From Spirochaetia bacterium (GTDB lineage: Bacteria; Spirochaetota; Spirochaetia; CADAEX01), in NCBI GenBank assembly GCA_031548835.1, contig JAVBQS010000124.1, positions 1 through 51,914 of the forward strand: 51,914 nucleotides of DNA. The letters are read 5' to 3'. The position numbers were made by a program, and so were the translations under genes. The notes beneath the pieces were generated by a model. That model saw only the letters and a program-made list of their open reading frames with translations. It did not search any database and was not told the origin of the DNA. Shown here in pieces: positions 8,879-18,493 of this stretch (positions are counted from its first letter, which is position 1; the number at the start of each line of letters is the position of its first letter).

Positions 8879-9466
8879 TTGAATTCTATAGATATTCTTA
8901 TAAAAAATCTTTCATCACTTCCCGGAATTGGGAAAAAAAGCGCTGCAAGAATAGCTTATTATCTTCTTAAAGCTGATAAAAATTATATACGTACATTTAC
9001 AAATTCTATCTGCGATGCTGTTGAAAAAATAAAAAACTGCAGGATATGCGGCAATTATACAGAACATGATATTTGTGAAATATGTTCAGATACAATGAGG
9101 GATAAAAATATTATTTGTGTTGTTGAGATGCCTCAGGATATTTCTGTTATTGAATCAACAGGTATTTTCAGCGGGCAATACCATGTTTTAATGGGCCATC
9201 TTTCTCCAATTGAGGGAATAGGGCCTGACCAGATAAATATCAAACAGCTTTTGCAAAGGCTTGATAAAGAAAATATTACTGAAATTATTATTGCAACAAA
9301 TCCTTCTGTAGAAGGAGATACAACTGCTTTATATATTCAGAAACTTCTTGCTGGAAAAAATATAAAAATAACAAAACTTGCATCAGGCCTTCCTGTTGGC
9401 GGCGATCTTGAATATACAGATAAACTTACTCTTATGAGATCAATACAGGGCAGGCTTCCACTCTAA
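8879..9466 (+). CDS. recR: Recombination protein RecR
   Basis: A TTG start follows AAGGA. The protein has a helix-hairpin-helix (LPGIGKKSAARIAYYLL), a C4 zinc finger (CRICGNY...CEIC) and a Toprim domain. Confidence 0.93.
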   Translation: MNSIDILIKNLSSLPGIGKKSAARIAYYLLKADKNYIRTFTNSICDAVEKIKNCRICGNYTEHDICEICSDTMRDKNIICVVEMPQDISVIESTGIFSGQYHVLMGHLSPIEGIGPDQINIKQLLQRLDKENITEIIIATNPSVEGDTTALYIQKLLAGKNIKITKLASGLPVGGDLEYTDKLTLMRSIQGRLPL

Positions 9467-9490
9467 TATTTTTAGAAAAAAGAGAATATT

Positions 9491-10090
9491 TTAATCAAGC
9501 AGTTTTATCTTTGTGCCTTCGGATATTTTCTGCTCTTCGGATTTGTTTAAAAAAGCTTCAAGCTTTGATGCAGTTTTTTCCATATAAAGAGGCAGAATAG
9601 CTTCTTCATCAGGTGAAAATCTTCCCAAAACATGAGCATCTACCTTACCGAAAGCCGGCCTTGAAATTCCTATTCTTAATCTGTAGAAATTATTTGTTCC
9701 AATCATGTTTGCTATAGACCTGAGTCCATTGTGTCCTGCGCTTCCGCCGCCGAATTTAAAAGATATGGTTCCAAAATCAAGTTCTATATCATCATGGCAG
9801 ACAATAAGATTTTCAGGAGATAATTTAAAAAAAGAGAGCGCAGGCGAAACAGATTCTCCTGCAAGGTTCATATAAACTTCCGGTTTTAGAAAAATTATTC
9901 CATTATTTTTTTCAAGCCTGGAAAATATTCCTTTGAATTTCTTCTGCCAGGAAAGAGTCTCTTTTTTTTCAAGCTGTTCCAGCGCCATCCATGCTGCATT
10001 GTGGCGTGTTTTTGAATATTCTTTTCCAGGGTTGCCGCAGAAAAAAACAAGTTTTATATCAAAAGCTGCGTTCTTTTCTGATTTCTTCAT
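9491..10090 (-). CDS. pth: Peptidyl-tRNA hydrolase
   Basis: The GNPGKEYSKTRHNAAW, HDDIELDFG and GHNGLRSI motifs are present. The 5' end overlaps the upstream J-domain gene by 32 nt. Confidence 0.92.
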   Translation of the reverse strand: MKKSEKNAAFDIKLVFFCGNPGKEYSKTRHNAAWMALEQLEKKETLSWQKKFKGIFSRLEKNNGIIFLKPEVYMNLAGESVSPALSFFKLSPENLIVCHDDIELDFGTISFKFGGGSAGHNGLRSIANMIGTNNFYRLRIGISRPAFGKVDAHVLGRFSPDEEAILPLYMEKTASKLEAFLNKSEEQKISEGTKIKLLD

Positions 10091-10841
10091 AAGCCTGGTT
10101 TATTTCACTGAATTTTTGCGCAGCAAATTTTGTAAACTCTTCGGGAAGCCCTTTTGAGGCAATAGTATCAGGATGGTAATCTTTGACAAGTTTTTTATAT
10201 GCTGCTTTTATTATATCATTGCTGTCTGTTCTTTTACATCCAAGAATTGAATAATTTTTATCAACAGCAGCATTGCCGGCAGCATAAGCTGTGCTGCTTC
10301 CCCTATTTTGTAAATTAAAAATTTTTGCTGCTGAATTAAGAATTAGTTCCTCATCCCGGCCTAATATGTTATCAGCAGTTGCTACTCTGTAAAGTATATC
10401 ATACATTGTCTGCAGAATCTGAGGCTGACTGTGAAACAGTGAATAAAACTGCTGCGCAAATTTTTCAAATGTTTCAGGCGATGTTGCTGCTGTATTTACA
10501 ATTCTCATTGCAAACTGTTTTTCAGCTATTCCAAGGCGCATATTTCTGTCTATAAATTCCTCTATTATTCTTATCTCTGCTCCTGAAATACCATTTCCAG
10601 CGCTTGCCATTTTTCCAAGCATGGAAAATGTTGAGACAAAAAAAATCATTTGTGATTGATCATTTGCTGTAAATTTTTGTGACCTGCTTCTTTTCTGGTT
10701 TTGATAATTATTCTGTCCATATTCCTGGACTTCTGTCATTTTATCAAAACTATGCCCTATCGCAGCTCCAAGAATTGCTCCTATAGATCCTCCGACAAAA
10801 AAGCCTGTTGCTCCGCCAATTAACTTACCGTACCAGCCCAT
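10059..10841 (-). CDS. DjlA-type co-chaperone (N-terminal Gly-rich membrane segment, TerB-like middle, C-terminal J domain)
   Basis: The N-terminus is MGWYGKLIGGATGFFVGGSIGAILGAAIG. The C-terminal J domain carries HPD (NYSILGCKRTDSNDIIKAAYKKLVKDYHPD). The architecture matches DjlA. Confidence 0.75.
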   Translation of the reverse strand: MGWYGKLIGGATGFFVGGSIGAILGAAIGHSFDKMTEVQEYGQNNYQNQKRSRSQKFTANDQSQMIFFVSTFSMLGKMASAGNGISGAEIRIIEEFIDRNMRLGIAEKQFAMRIVNTAATSPETFEKFAQQFYSLFHSQPQILQTMYDILYRVATADNILGRDEELILNSAAKIFNLQNRGSSTAYAAGNAAVDKNYSILGCKRTDSNDIIKAAYKKLVKDYHPDTIASKGLPEEFTKFAAQKFSEINQAYEEIRKERSF

Positions 10842-10853
10842 AAAAAATCTCTA

Positions 10854-11933
10854 TTAGGAAATATAATCAGTTATAAATTTTGACATATTTTCAAGCGGTA
10901 ATATTTTATTTATAAACCCTAATTCAATTGCTACACGCGGCATTCCAAATACAACAGAAGATTTCTCATCCTGCGCTATTGTATAACCGCCTGCTTTATA
11001 AATATTGCCTATTTCTGCAGAACCATCGCGGCCCATTCCTGTCATTATAACTCCCAAAGCCCTGTTGCCGTAGATCTCGGCAACTGAATTAAAAAGAACG
11101 CCGGCAGAAGGCCTGTGTCCATTTACAGGATCATTGCTGTTTAAAACAGAAACATTACCAAGCCGCTTTTTTTCTATTTTCATATGCTTGTTTCCGGGAG
11201 CAATTAATACTCTTCCCGGAGCAATAAGGTCATTATCCTCGGCCTCTTTTACATCAAGAGGGCAGACTCTTCTAAGGCTTTTTGCAAATTCTGCTGTAAA
11301 CCCTTCAGGCATATGCTGAACTATTACTATTGGAACTTTAAAATCTTCTTTAATTTCTGAAAGAAGAACTCTAAGAGCATTTGGCCCGCCTGTTGAAATT
11401 CCTATTGCAACTATATCTATTTTTCCGCTTGAGGGGTGTGCTGCAGGAACTTCTTTTATCTCTAAAGTAGCGCTCTTTGCAGGCTGGATCAGCTTTTCCT
11501 TTATCTCTTCTTTCGGCAGTTTCTCTTTTCTTCCTGTATATGCTCTTATTAACGAAATAAGCTGCGATGAAACATCTGCTATATTATGGGAAATTGATCC
11601 TGAAGGTTTTGTTATAAAGTCTGAAGCTCCATAAGATAGTGCATCAAATGTAATTTTAGCGCCTTTTTCTGCAACAGAAGAAAGTATAATAACAGGTATT
11701 TTTATTCCTCTTTTTTCTCTTTCTTTTAAAAATTCAATTCCATTCATTTCCGGCATTTCAATATCCAGTATTATTATGTCAGGGTTTAACATAGGAATCT
11801 TTTGAAGGGCAAATATTCCATTCATAGCTGTTCCAACCACAGCCATATCTTCCTGGCTTTCAATCATTTTACTTATAAGTGATCTCATAAGAGCCGAATC
11901 ATCTACCACAAGCACTTTTATCTTATTATCCAC
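10854..11933 (-). CDS. cheB: Chemotaxis protein-glutamate methylesterase/glutaminase CheB
   Basis: A receiver domain (KVLVVDDSALMR...DIEMPEMNG) is joined to a methylesterase domain (IGISTGGPNAL, VQHMP, GMGRDG). Confidence 0.93.
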   Translation of the reverse strand: MDNKIKVLVVDDSALMRSLISKMIESQEDMAVVGTAMNGIFALQKIPMLNPDIIILDIEMPEMNGIEFLKEREKRGIKIPVIILSSVAEKGAKITFDALSYGASDFITKPSGSISHNIADVSSQLISLIRAYTGRKEKLPKEEIKEKLIQPAKSATLEIKEVPAAHPSSGKIDIVAIGISTGGPNALRVLLSEIKEDFKVPIVIVQHMPEGFTAEFAKSLRRVCPLDVKEAEDNDLIAPGRVLIAPGNKHMKIEKKRLGNVSVLNSNDPVNGHRPSAGVLFNSVAEIYGNRALGVIMTGMGRDGSAEIGNIYKAGGYTIAQDEKSSVVFGMPRVAIELGFINKILPLENMSKFITDYIS

Positions 11934-11956
11934 AACTTTTTCCCGCGTATAAAATA

Positions 11957-12775
11957 TTAATCAATCATTTTTGTATAAAAAGTAGCCCACTCTGTTTTAT
12001 GGAATTGGAATTGAGTCTTCATGCCGAAAAGAGATTCTGAATGGCCTATTACAAGATAAGCATGATTGCTTAACGAATTCCAGAATTTACTTATTACATT
12101 TTCCTGTGCAGCTTCATCAAAATAGATAATTACATTTCTGCAAAATATAATATCAAGCCCTTTAAGGCCGCTGTCAAATTTAAGGTTATGGTAATCAAAT
12201 TTAATCATATTTTTTAATTTTTCCACAACCTGATAGCCGTCTTTTGTCTTTTCAAAATATTTTGAAAGATATTTATCAGGTATTCCTGCCATACGGCTTT
12301 CCTGATAGAACCCTGTTTTAGCTGTCATTAATGATTTAAGGCTTAAGTCAGATGCTGTAATAGATGGTGTAAACTCTTTGGGAAGAATTTCTGCAAGAAT
12401 CATTGCAAGTGTATATGGCTCTTCACCGGTCGAACAGCCTGCGCTCCATATTTTTATGGTAAGATCGCCTTTTTTCTTTTTATAAGCAACAAGCTCAGGA
12501 ATAATATAGCGTTCAAAAGCATCCATATGTCCTGTGTTTCTGAAAAACCGTGTAAGGTTTGTTGTAACAGAATCAAGAAGAATTTTCATCTCTTCTTCAT
12601 TGTTTGTTATAAGCTTATAATAATTATCTATTGTATCAACATTTGCTATTTTAAGCCTTTCTTTTAGCCTGCTCTCTAAAATAGGCCTGTTAATTTCAGA
12701 AAAATGTATTCCGCTTTTTTCATAGATGAGGCTTTTCATTTTTTCAAAATCAGCATCTGTAATTGAAAATGTCAT
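11957..12775 (-). CDS. cheR: Chemotaxis protein methyltransferase CheR
   Basis: The TTNLTRFFRN motif and the SAM-binding motif IWSAGCSTGEEPY are present, along with IFCRNVIIYF. Confidence 0.93.
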   Translation of the reverse strand: MTFSITDADFEKMKSLIYEKSGIHFSEINRPILESRLKERLKIANVDTIDNYYKLITNNEEEMKILLDSVTTNLTRFFRNTGHMDAFERYIIPELVAYKKKKGDLTIKIWSAGCSTGEEPYTLAMILAEILPKEFTPSITASDLSLKSLMTAKTGFYQESRMAGIPDKYLSKYFEKTKDGYQVVEKLKNMIKFDYHNLKFDSGLKGLDIIFCRNVIIYFDEAAQENVISKFWNSLSNHAYLVIGHSESLFGMKTQFQFHKTEWATFYTKMID

Positions 12776-13182
12776 AGGCTGCTTTTCTCTATCATAAGTA
12801 TAGTTTTTTAACCAGTATTGTCAATTTATTTTTTAATATGCTGATGTCAAAATTATATTTTATTTAAAAAATTATCCAAATAATGAGAATTAGTTTATAA
12901 TTAATATTCTATTTGTAACATAAGTACCAATTTAATAAATATTTTATCTTTGGAAAAACAGAAATAAAGTTGAAAAATGGCAGAATTAACCAATAGTTAT
13001 GATATTTGAAAAAATGGCGCATAAATATCAAAAATAATAGATGCAACAGCTTTGAAATAGATATAAATTTTATGTTGCTTTAAATATCTTAAATATAACT
13101 TAAATACAGATTTTTCCCAATTTTAAAAACTGTCTGCTATCAGTAATTGACATTCTCAAGATGGTATAAAATAATCAGCTAT

Positions 13183-14802
13183 ATGAATAAATATATATTT
13201 GTCACAGGCGGAGTTTGTTCAAGTCTTGGAAAAGGGATAGCTGCGGCTTCCCTCGGCAGCTTATTGGAATGCAGAAAACTAAGAGTAAGGCTTATAAAAG
13301 CTGATCCATATCTAAATGTAGATCCCGGAACAATGAGTCCATACCAGCATGGAGAAGTATATGTTACTGCTGATGGGGCAGAAACAGATCTTGATCTTGG
13401 AAATTATGAAAGATTTACCAGCGCTCCGCTTACCAGGGCAAATTCAATGACAACAGGCCAAATTTACCAGACTGTTATACAAAAAGAACGCGAAGGCCGC
13501 TATCTTGGAAGAACAGTGCAGGTAATACCCCATATTACAGATGAAATTAAAAGCAGAATTTTTGCAATCGGCGAATCGCCTGATGTCGATGTTGTAATAA
13601 TAGAAATAGGCGGAACAGTAGGAGATATTGAATCTATTCCATTTATTGAAGCTGCAAGGCAGTTCAGGCATGATATTGGAAGGGAAAATGTTGCCTATGT
13701 CCACCTTACGCTTGTTCCTGAAGTTGTGGGCGGGGAGCTAAAAACAAAACCAACCCAGCATTCTGTAAGCGCTCTAAGAGAGCTTGGCATTCAGCCTGAT
13801 ATTCTTCTTTGCCGCGCACCTGTTGAGCTTACCGACGGCATGAAGAAAAAAATTGCTCTTTTTACAAATGTGGATGATAATGCTGTAATTTCTGCATATG
13901 ATATAAAAACAACAATTTATGAAATTCCTCTTGTTTACCACAAACAAAATCTTGATAAAATTGCAATAGAAAAACTTGGTATTAAAAATGCAGACAGCAT
14001 AGATTTAAGCCCATGGGAAAGTGTTGTAAACAGTTTTAAAAGCGCAACACAGACAGTAAAAATTGCACTTGTCGGTAAATATATTCACTTAAATGACACA
14101 TATAAATCAATTGTGGAAGCTATTTTCCACGGTTCTATAGCAAATAATGTAAAAGTTGAAGTTATAAAAATAGATTCCGAAGATATTGAAAAGGCCGGAA
14201 ATGATAGCAATGAGATTAAAAAGATTTTTGCCGGCATATCAGGCATTCTTGTTCCGGGCGGGTTTGGCCAAAGAGGCGTTGACGGAATGATACAGGCTGC
14301 AAAATATGCAAGAGAAAACAATATACCTTACTTTGGAATATGCCTTGGAATGCAGATAATGGTTATTGAATATGCAAGAAATGTGCTTGGTTTTGAAAAA
14401 GCAAACAGCACAGAATTCTCGCATGATACATCATATCCTGTTATAAGCCTTCTTGAAGAGCAGGTAGACACCAAACTCTATGGCGGAACAATGAAGCTTG
14501 GAAACAGCGAAACAAAACTTGAACATGGCACAAAAATTTTTGATGCATATAAAGAAGAAACAATTACAGAAAGACACAGGCACAGATATGAATTTTCAAA
14601 TAAATACAGGGATGCTTTTAAAGATGCAGGATTTATAATAAGCGGATTTACTACTGATGGATCTCTTGTGGAATCAGTTGAATGGCCTAACCACAAGTGG
14701 GGTGTTGGGGTTCAATATCACCCTGAATTTAAATCAAAACCTTTTTCTCCGCATCCGCTCTTTGTCCAATTTGTAAAGGCAAGCAAGGAGAATGTTAAAT
14801 AA
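13183..14802 (+). CDS. pyrG: CTP synthase
   Basis: I prefer the ATG at 13183 ([18 protein letters not shown]) over the TTG at 13147 given in the ORF track. The C-terminal glutamine amidotransferase domain has GICLGMQ and the HRHRYE motif. Confidence 0.95.
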   Translation: MNKYIFVTGGVCSSLGKGIAAASLGSLLECRKLRVRLIKADPYLNVDPGTMSPYQHGEVYVTADGAETDLDLGNYERFTSAPLTRANSMTTGQIYQTVIQKEREGRYLGRTVQVIPHITDEIKSRIFAIGESPDVDVVIIEIGGTVGDIESIPFIEAARQFRHDIGRENVAYVHLTLVPEVVGGELKTKPTQHSVSALRELGIQPDILLCRAPVELTDGMKKKIALFTNVDDNAVISAYDIKTTIYEIPLVYHKQNLDKIAIEKLGIKNADSIDLSPWESVVNSFKSATQTVKIALVGKYIHLNDTYKSIVEAIFHGSIANNVKVEVIKIDSEDIEKAGNDSNEIKKIFAGISGILVPGGFGQRGVDGMIQAAKYARENNIPYFGICLGMQIMVIEYARNVLGFEKANSTEFSHDTSYPVISLLEEQVDTKLYGGTMKLGNSETKLEHGTKIFDAYKEETITERHRHRYEFSNKYRDAFKDAGFIISGFTTDGSLVESVEWPNHKWGVGVQYHPEFKSKPFSPHPLFVQFVKASKENVK

Positions 14803-15361
14803 TTATCCATCTATACTTTTTCAGTTTATAATTTTTTTAAGTTTGTTTTCTTGCAGTTTTGATTATAAAGAAGCAATGGTTGATGAAGAAATTTCAGGAG
14901 GAACGCCAAATGCTGTTATTATCAATTTAAATGAAACATCTATAAAAAAAGGCACTACTGCATATATTTTCAAGGCTGAAAAAGCAGAAACATATGATAA
15001 AAAAAATCTTACAGTTTTTACAAACCTTCAGTTTGCTGAATATGATAAAACAAGCGGGATAGCGACTGAAGGAAAAGTAGGGCATGCAAATTTCTTTTCT
15101 GATACCGAAAATATAGAATTTGATAAATCTTTTAAAATCAAATCTATACAGCAGAGCTATTATATCGAAGGAGAATCTATCTCCTGGGACGGAGAAAAAA
15201 AAGTCCTTACAGCAAATCCTGAAGAAGAAGTAACGGTGGGGAAAGATGACGGCTCTTATATTACAGGCAGGGGATTTAGTTCTACAGCTTCCAACAACAG
15301 CTTTAACTTTGAGAGCGGGGTAGAAGGTTTTTATGTTGCAGAAGATGAGGAAGAAGAGTAA
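14792..15361 (+). CDS. LptC-like lipoprotein (tentative)
   Basis: A lipobox is present (FLSLFSC). The size and beta-rich composition fit, and the gene lies immediately upstream of lptA-lptB. I cannot verify sequence similarity to LptC here. Confidence 0.45.
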   Translation: MLNNYPSILFQFIIFLSLFSCSFDYKEAMVDEEISGGTPNAVIINLNETSIKKGTTAYIFKAEKAETYDKKNLTVFTNLQFAEYDKTSGIATEGKVGHANFFSDTENIEFDKSFKIKSIQQSYYIEGESISWDGEKKVLTANPEEEVTVGKDDGSYITGRGFSSTASNNSFNFESGVEGFYVAEDEEEE

Positions 15362-15368
15362 TTAAGTT

Positions 15369-16049
15369 ATGAATAAAAAAAACAGCTTTTTACTTTTTTT
15401 CATAATTTTTATACTTGCAGGGAATTATTGTATTGCTGATACTTTTACATTTAACGGCGATAATTTTTCATCAACAATGTCTAAAGGAAAGGAATATACA
15501 ATCCTCTCAGGAAATGCAAAAATAGTATCAGGTTCAACTATTATAAATGCTTCCAAAATAGAATTATACGGAAACAATTACCGCTTTGCAGAATGTACCG
15601 GAACAGTAAAAGTGGAAGATAATAAAAAAGGCCTCTACATAACAGCAGATAAAATGGTTTTTGACAGAATAGATGATATTTCAAGGCTTGAAGGTTCTGT
15701 TGTAATGGAAGATTTTAGAAACGAGGTAGTTGTAAAAGGAAATTATCTTGAATATTCAGGCAAAACAGAATCTGCAACTGTTCAGATAGGAGTCAGAATA
15801 TTAAAAGAAGATATGGCTTGCCGTTCTGAATTTGCGCTATATAACAGAGAAAGCAATATTCTTGACCTTTCAGGGCTTCCTTTTGTGTACTGGAAAGGAG
15901 ATGAATACAGGGCTCTTAAAATAACTATAAACCTTGATACAGATGAAATAGAGCTTGAAGGAAAAGTTTCAGGTTTGATATATAATGAAGATGAAAAAGA
16001 TGAGAGGCAGGAAACAGCAGCAGAACCTGAAAGCCAAGCTGGTAATTAA
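15369..16049 (+). CDS. lptA: LptA/OstA-like periplasmic LPS-transport protein
   Basis: A signal peptide is followed by OstA_N-like repeated beta pattern (LSGNAKIVSGSTIINASKIELYG...GTVKVED...ITADKMVFD...LEGSVVMED). The gene sits directly upstream of lptB. Confidence 0.65.
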   Translation: MNKKNSFLLFFIIFILAGNYCIADTFTFNGDNFSSTMSKGKEYTILSGNAKIVSGSTIINASKIELYGNNYRFAECTGTVKVEDNKKGLYITADKMVFDRIDDISRLEGSVVMEDFRNEVVVKGNYLEYSGKTESATVQIGVRILKEDMACRSEFALYNRESNILDLSGLPFVYWKGDEYRALKITINLDTDEIELEGKVSGLIYNEDEKDERQETAAEPESQAGN

Positions 16050-16092
16050 ACAATGGAAAAAATATATTTGGCTTTTGTAATTAAGATAAATA

Positions 16093-16851
16093 ATGGAAAA
16101 GGTAAATATGGAAAAAAATAGAAGCCAGACAATGCTTGGTGTCGAGGGCCTAAAAAAAGTTTACAGAAAAAAAACAGCTGTTGCTGATGTAAGTTTTTCA
16201 ATGGAAAGAGGCGAGATTGTGGGGCTTCTTGGCCCAAATGGAGCAGGGAAAACAACAGTTTTCTATCTTATTGTAGGTTTTATAAGACCGACAAGCGGCA
16301 CTGTATATATGGGAAATCTTGATATATCAGATTATCCCATGTATAAAAGAGCAAGGCTTGGAATATCATATCTGCCCCAGGAAACATCTATTTTCAGAAA
16401 ACTTACAGTAGAAGATAATATAAAAGCAATACTTGAAACACGCAAAGATATAAACCATGAAGAAAAAAAAGAAATTCTTGAATCGCTTCTTGATGAGCTT
16501 GGAATATCTGCAATAAGAAAGCAGATGGCTTTTACACTTTCAGGCGGAGAAAGAAGGCGCACAGAAATAGCAAGAGCTCTTGCTATAAAACCGTCATATC
16601 TTCTGCTTGATGAACCTTTTGCAGGAATAGATCCTATTGCTGTCTATGAGATTAAACAGATTGTTAAAAATCTTGCGACAAAGGGAATAGGAATACTTAT
16701 TACAGACCACAATGTAAGAGACACTCTTGAAATAACAGACAGATCCTATATAATAAGCCTTGGCGAGATACTTACAAGCGGGTCACGTGAAGAAATTCTT
16801 GCTGATGAACAGGCCCGCCACATCTATCTTGGCCGCAATTTTTCAATGTAG
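16093..16851 (+). CDS. lptB: LPS export ABC transporter ATP-binding protein LptB
   Basis: Walker A (GPNGAGKTT), the ABC signature (LSGGERRR) and Walker B (LLLDEPFAGIDP) are present. The YLPQE motif typical of LptB is also present. An alternative start at 16108 has a better AAGG spacing. Confidence 0.88.
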   Translation: MEKVNMEKNRSQTMLGVEGLKKVYRKKTAVADVSFSMERGEIVGLLGPNGAGKTTVFYLIVGFIRPTSGTVYMGNLDISDYPMYKRARLGISYLPQETSIFRKLTVEDNIKAILETRKDINHEEKKEILESLLDELGISAIRKQMAFTLSGGERRRTEIARALAIKPSYLLLDEPFAGIDPIAVYEIKQIVKNLATKGIGILITDHNVRDTLEITDRSYIISLGEILTSGSREEILADEQARHIYLGRNFSM

Positions 16852-17232
16852 CCTGGCAGATTTTTTATTTACAAATTGCCGGATAATTTTTCTTATAATT
16901 ATTAAGTTTTGCTATTTTCTTCCGGCAAATTGAGTTGTTTTTAAATAATTTAATTAGCTTGTCTTATTACACCTTTTGTCATATAATCGAGCTAATTTTT
17001 TATTCTGTCCATAGGCATGGGTAATGGATTCATTAACAAAATTGTTACCAATGTCATTATGCAATACCATTTTGATATAATAATTTTTTCTTTGGGTTTA
17101 AAAATTCTGGTCAAATGTAAAGCATTGACACAGAATTGATTTTGATAATTTTGAGGTATAGGCCATCTGCATGGATGGCTGATTTTATGTGACATCTTAT
17201 CAAATAGAGGGGGTCACTCAAAGGAGTTTTTT

Positions 17233-17550
17233 ATGAGGAACTTATTCAAATTTTTCGGACTTATCACATTGGTGGCGGTAATTGGGTTTTCAGCTGTTAG
17301 TTGTGCTACAGGGAGTTCCATTGGTGGTACAAACGATCCTCATGGTCTTTTTACAGGGAACAGTTCCACTTCTATAGTTAAGGAAGGTGCTGCCGAGATA
17401 GCATCACATTCAGTTATTTTAGGACTTGTTGATACCGGATATGCCGAGTATGATGCTGCGGTGAAGGCTGCCGAAGCTGCAGGTAAGAAGGTTACCTCTG
17501 TAACAAAATGGTATATTGTCCTTTCAAAAACCACGGCGTATGCCAAATAA
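17233..17550 (+). CDS. Small secreted lipoprotein of unknown function
   Basis: An AAGGAG RBS precedes the start, and the signal peptide has a lipobox (VIGFSAVSC). The 105-aa gene appears more GC-rich by eye than its surroundings. It lies in the insertion between lptB and rpoN. Confidence 0.6.
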   Translation: MRNLFKFFGLITLVAVIGFSAVSCATGSSIGGTNDPHGLFTGNSSTSIVKEGAAEIASHSVILGLVDTGYAEYDAAVKAAEAAGKKVTSVTKWYIVLSKTTAYAK

Positions 17551-17564
17551 ATAATTTCAAAGTA

Positions 17565-17600
17565 TCTGCTCTTTCAAAACTTCAATTTTGAAAGAGCAGA
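17565..17600 (+). terminator. Perfect 15-bp hairpin after the small lipoprotein gene
   Basis: tctgctctttcaaaa (17565-17579), loop cttcaa, ttttgaaagagcaga (17586-17600). It starts 15 nt after the stop codon. No U-tract follows, so a terminator role is tentative. Confidence 0.4.
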
Positions 17601-17847
17601 CTTGTCGTTAGTCTTAAAATCAGGCTTTGATAAATATATTTTACAGGATCAAGATGTTTTACAAAGATACTCCAGGTGTCTAAAATCGCGCATGATATTC
17701 GTATAATGTAATAATAGTAATAAATATATTTATCATATGAAACAATTAAATAAATTATAGTTGCTGTAAAATATAGGAGACTTGTTCGGTAATACCTAAA
17801 AATGGTAAGAAAGAATGATGAAGCGAGGAAAAAAATACTGAGCAGGA

Positions 17848-18157
17848 CTTGCCCAACTATTGCCTGTATTGTGATAGATGTTACTGAAAGTCCTATGCAA
17901 GGCCCAAAAAAACAAAAAAAGACTATTCCGGGAAAAAGAAACAATATACAATAAAAAGACAAGTAAATATCTTAAGCTGACTGAAAAGGATAAGGCATAC
18001 AATAAACAGCTTGCCGCAAAAGGTAGTAATTGAACATATCAATGCTAAAATAAAAATTTTCAAGATTATGTCATATCTATACCGGAATTATTGCAAGAGG
18101 CATTTTCTGAGAATGTCACTTATTTGTGCTATCATCAACTTGGAATTACATGCTTAA
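17848..18157 (+). pseudogene. Decayed IS5-like (DDE) transposase remnant with frameshifts and an internal deletion
   Basis: Hand translation over three frames gives CPTIACIVIDVTESPMQGPKKQKK, then DYSGKKKQYTIKRQVNILS*, then KLTEKDKAYNKQLAAKG, then VVIEHINAKIKIFKIMSYLYRNYCKRHFLRMSLICAIINLELHA*. These resemble the IDxTE...YSGKKKxHTxK and LTxExKxxN...VEHxxxxxKxFxIxxxxYRN blocks of IS5-type transposases. The catalytic middle between the blocks is missing. Confidence 0.55.
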
Positions 18158-18380
18158 TAGGGTTATTTAACTTTATATAAAATATAGCTAAATTAGAAAT
18201 TTTACAAATTATCTTTTAACATTTTTAAAAAAAATCAGAACATATATAGTCCGTAATATGATACATATCTTTCATAAGCTTCTGCACGATCTGCCAACAA
18301 AAGAAACTTAATCTGGCTAATAAATAATAATATGCATCTTTTTTGATCTTTATTATCTTTTATTCAGCCTTAAATATTCA

Positions 18381-18409
18381 TTGACAAAATCTGCTTGCAA
18401 CTCTAAATT
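18381..18409 (+). promoter_or_regulatory. Candidate sigma-70 promoter for rpoN
   Basis: TTGACA (18381-18386), a 17-nt spacer, then TAAATT (18404-18409). It lies about 85 nt upstream of the rpoN start. Confidence 0.35.
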
Positions 18410-18493
18410 TAAATGATGAGAGGATTGCTGTTTAAGAATATTTATTTTTAAGCAGAATGCTTGAATTTTGTACTATATTTTTGGGAGATATAA

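Noticed and set aside
13147-13182. The TTG-initiated 12-codon N-terminal extension of pyrG, and a TTGACA at 13147 as its promoter
   Set aside because: CTP synthases begin at the [10 protein letters not shown] motif, here at ATG 13183. The TTGACA has only a weak AATAAT at 17-nt spacing and would give an almost leaderless mRNA. I do not consider it supportable.
17582-18002. ORFs of 126 aa and 68 aa on the - strand
   Set aside because: They have low-complexity Phe/Ile/Tyr-rich translations. They lie opposite the transposase remnant, whose + strand fragments show recognisable transposase blocks.
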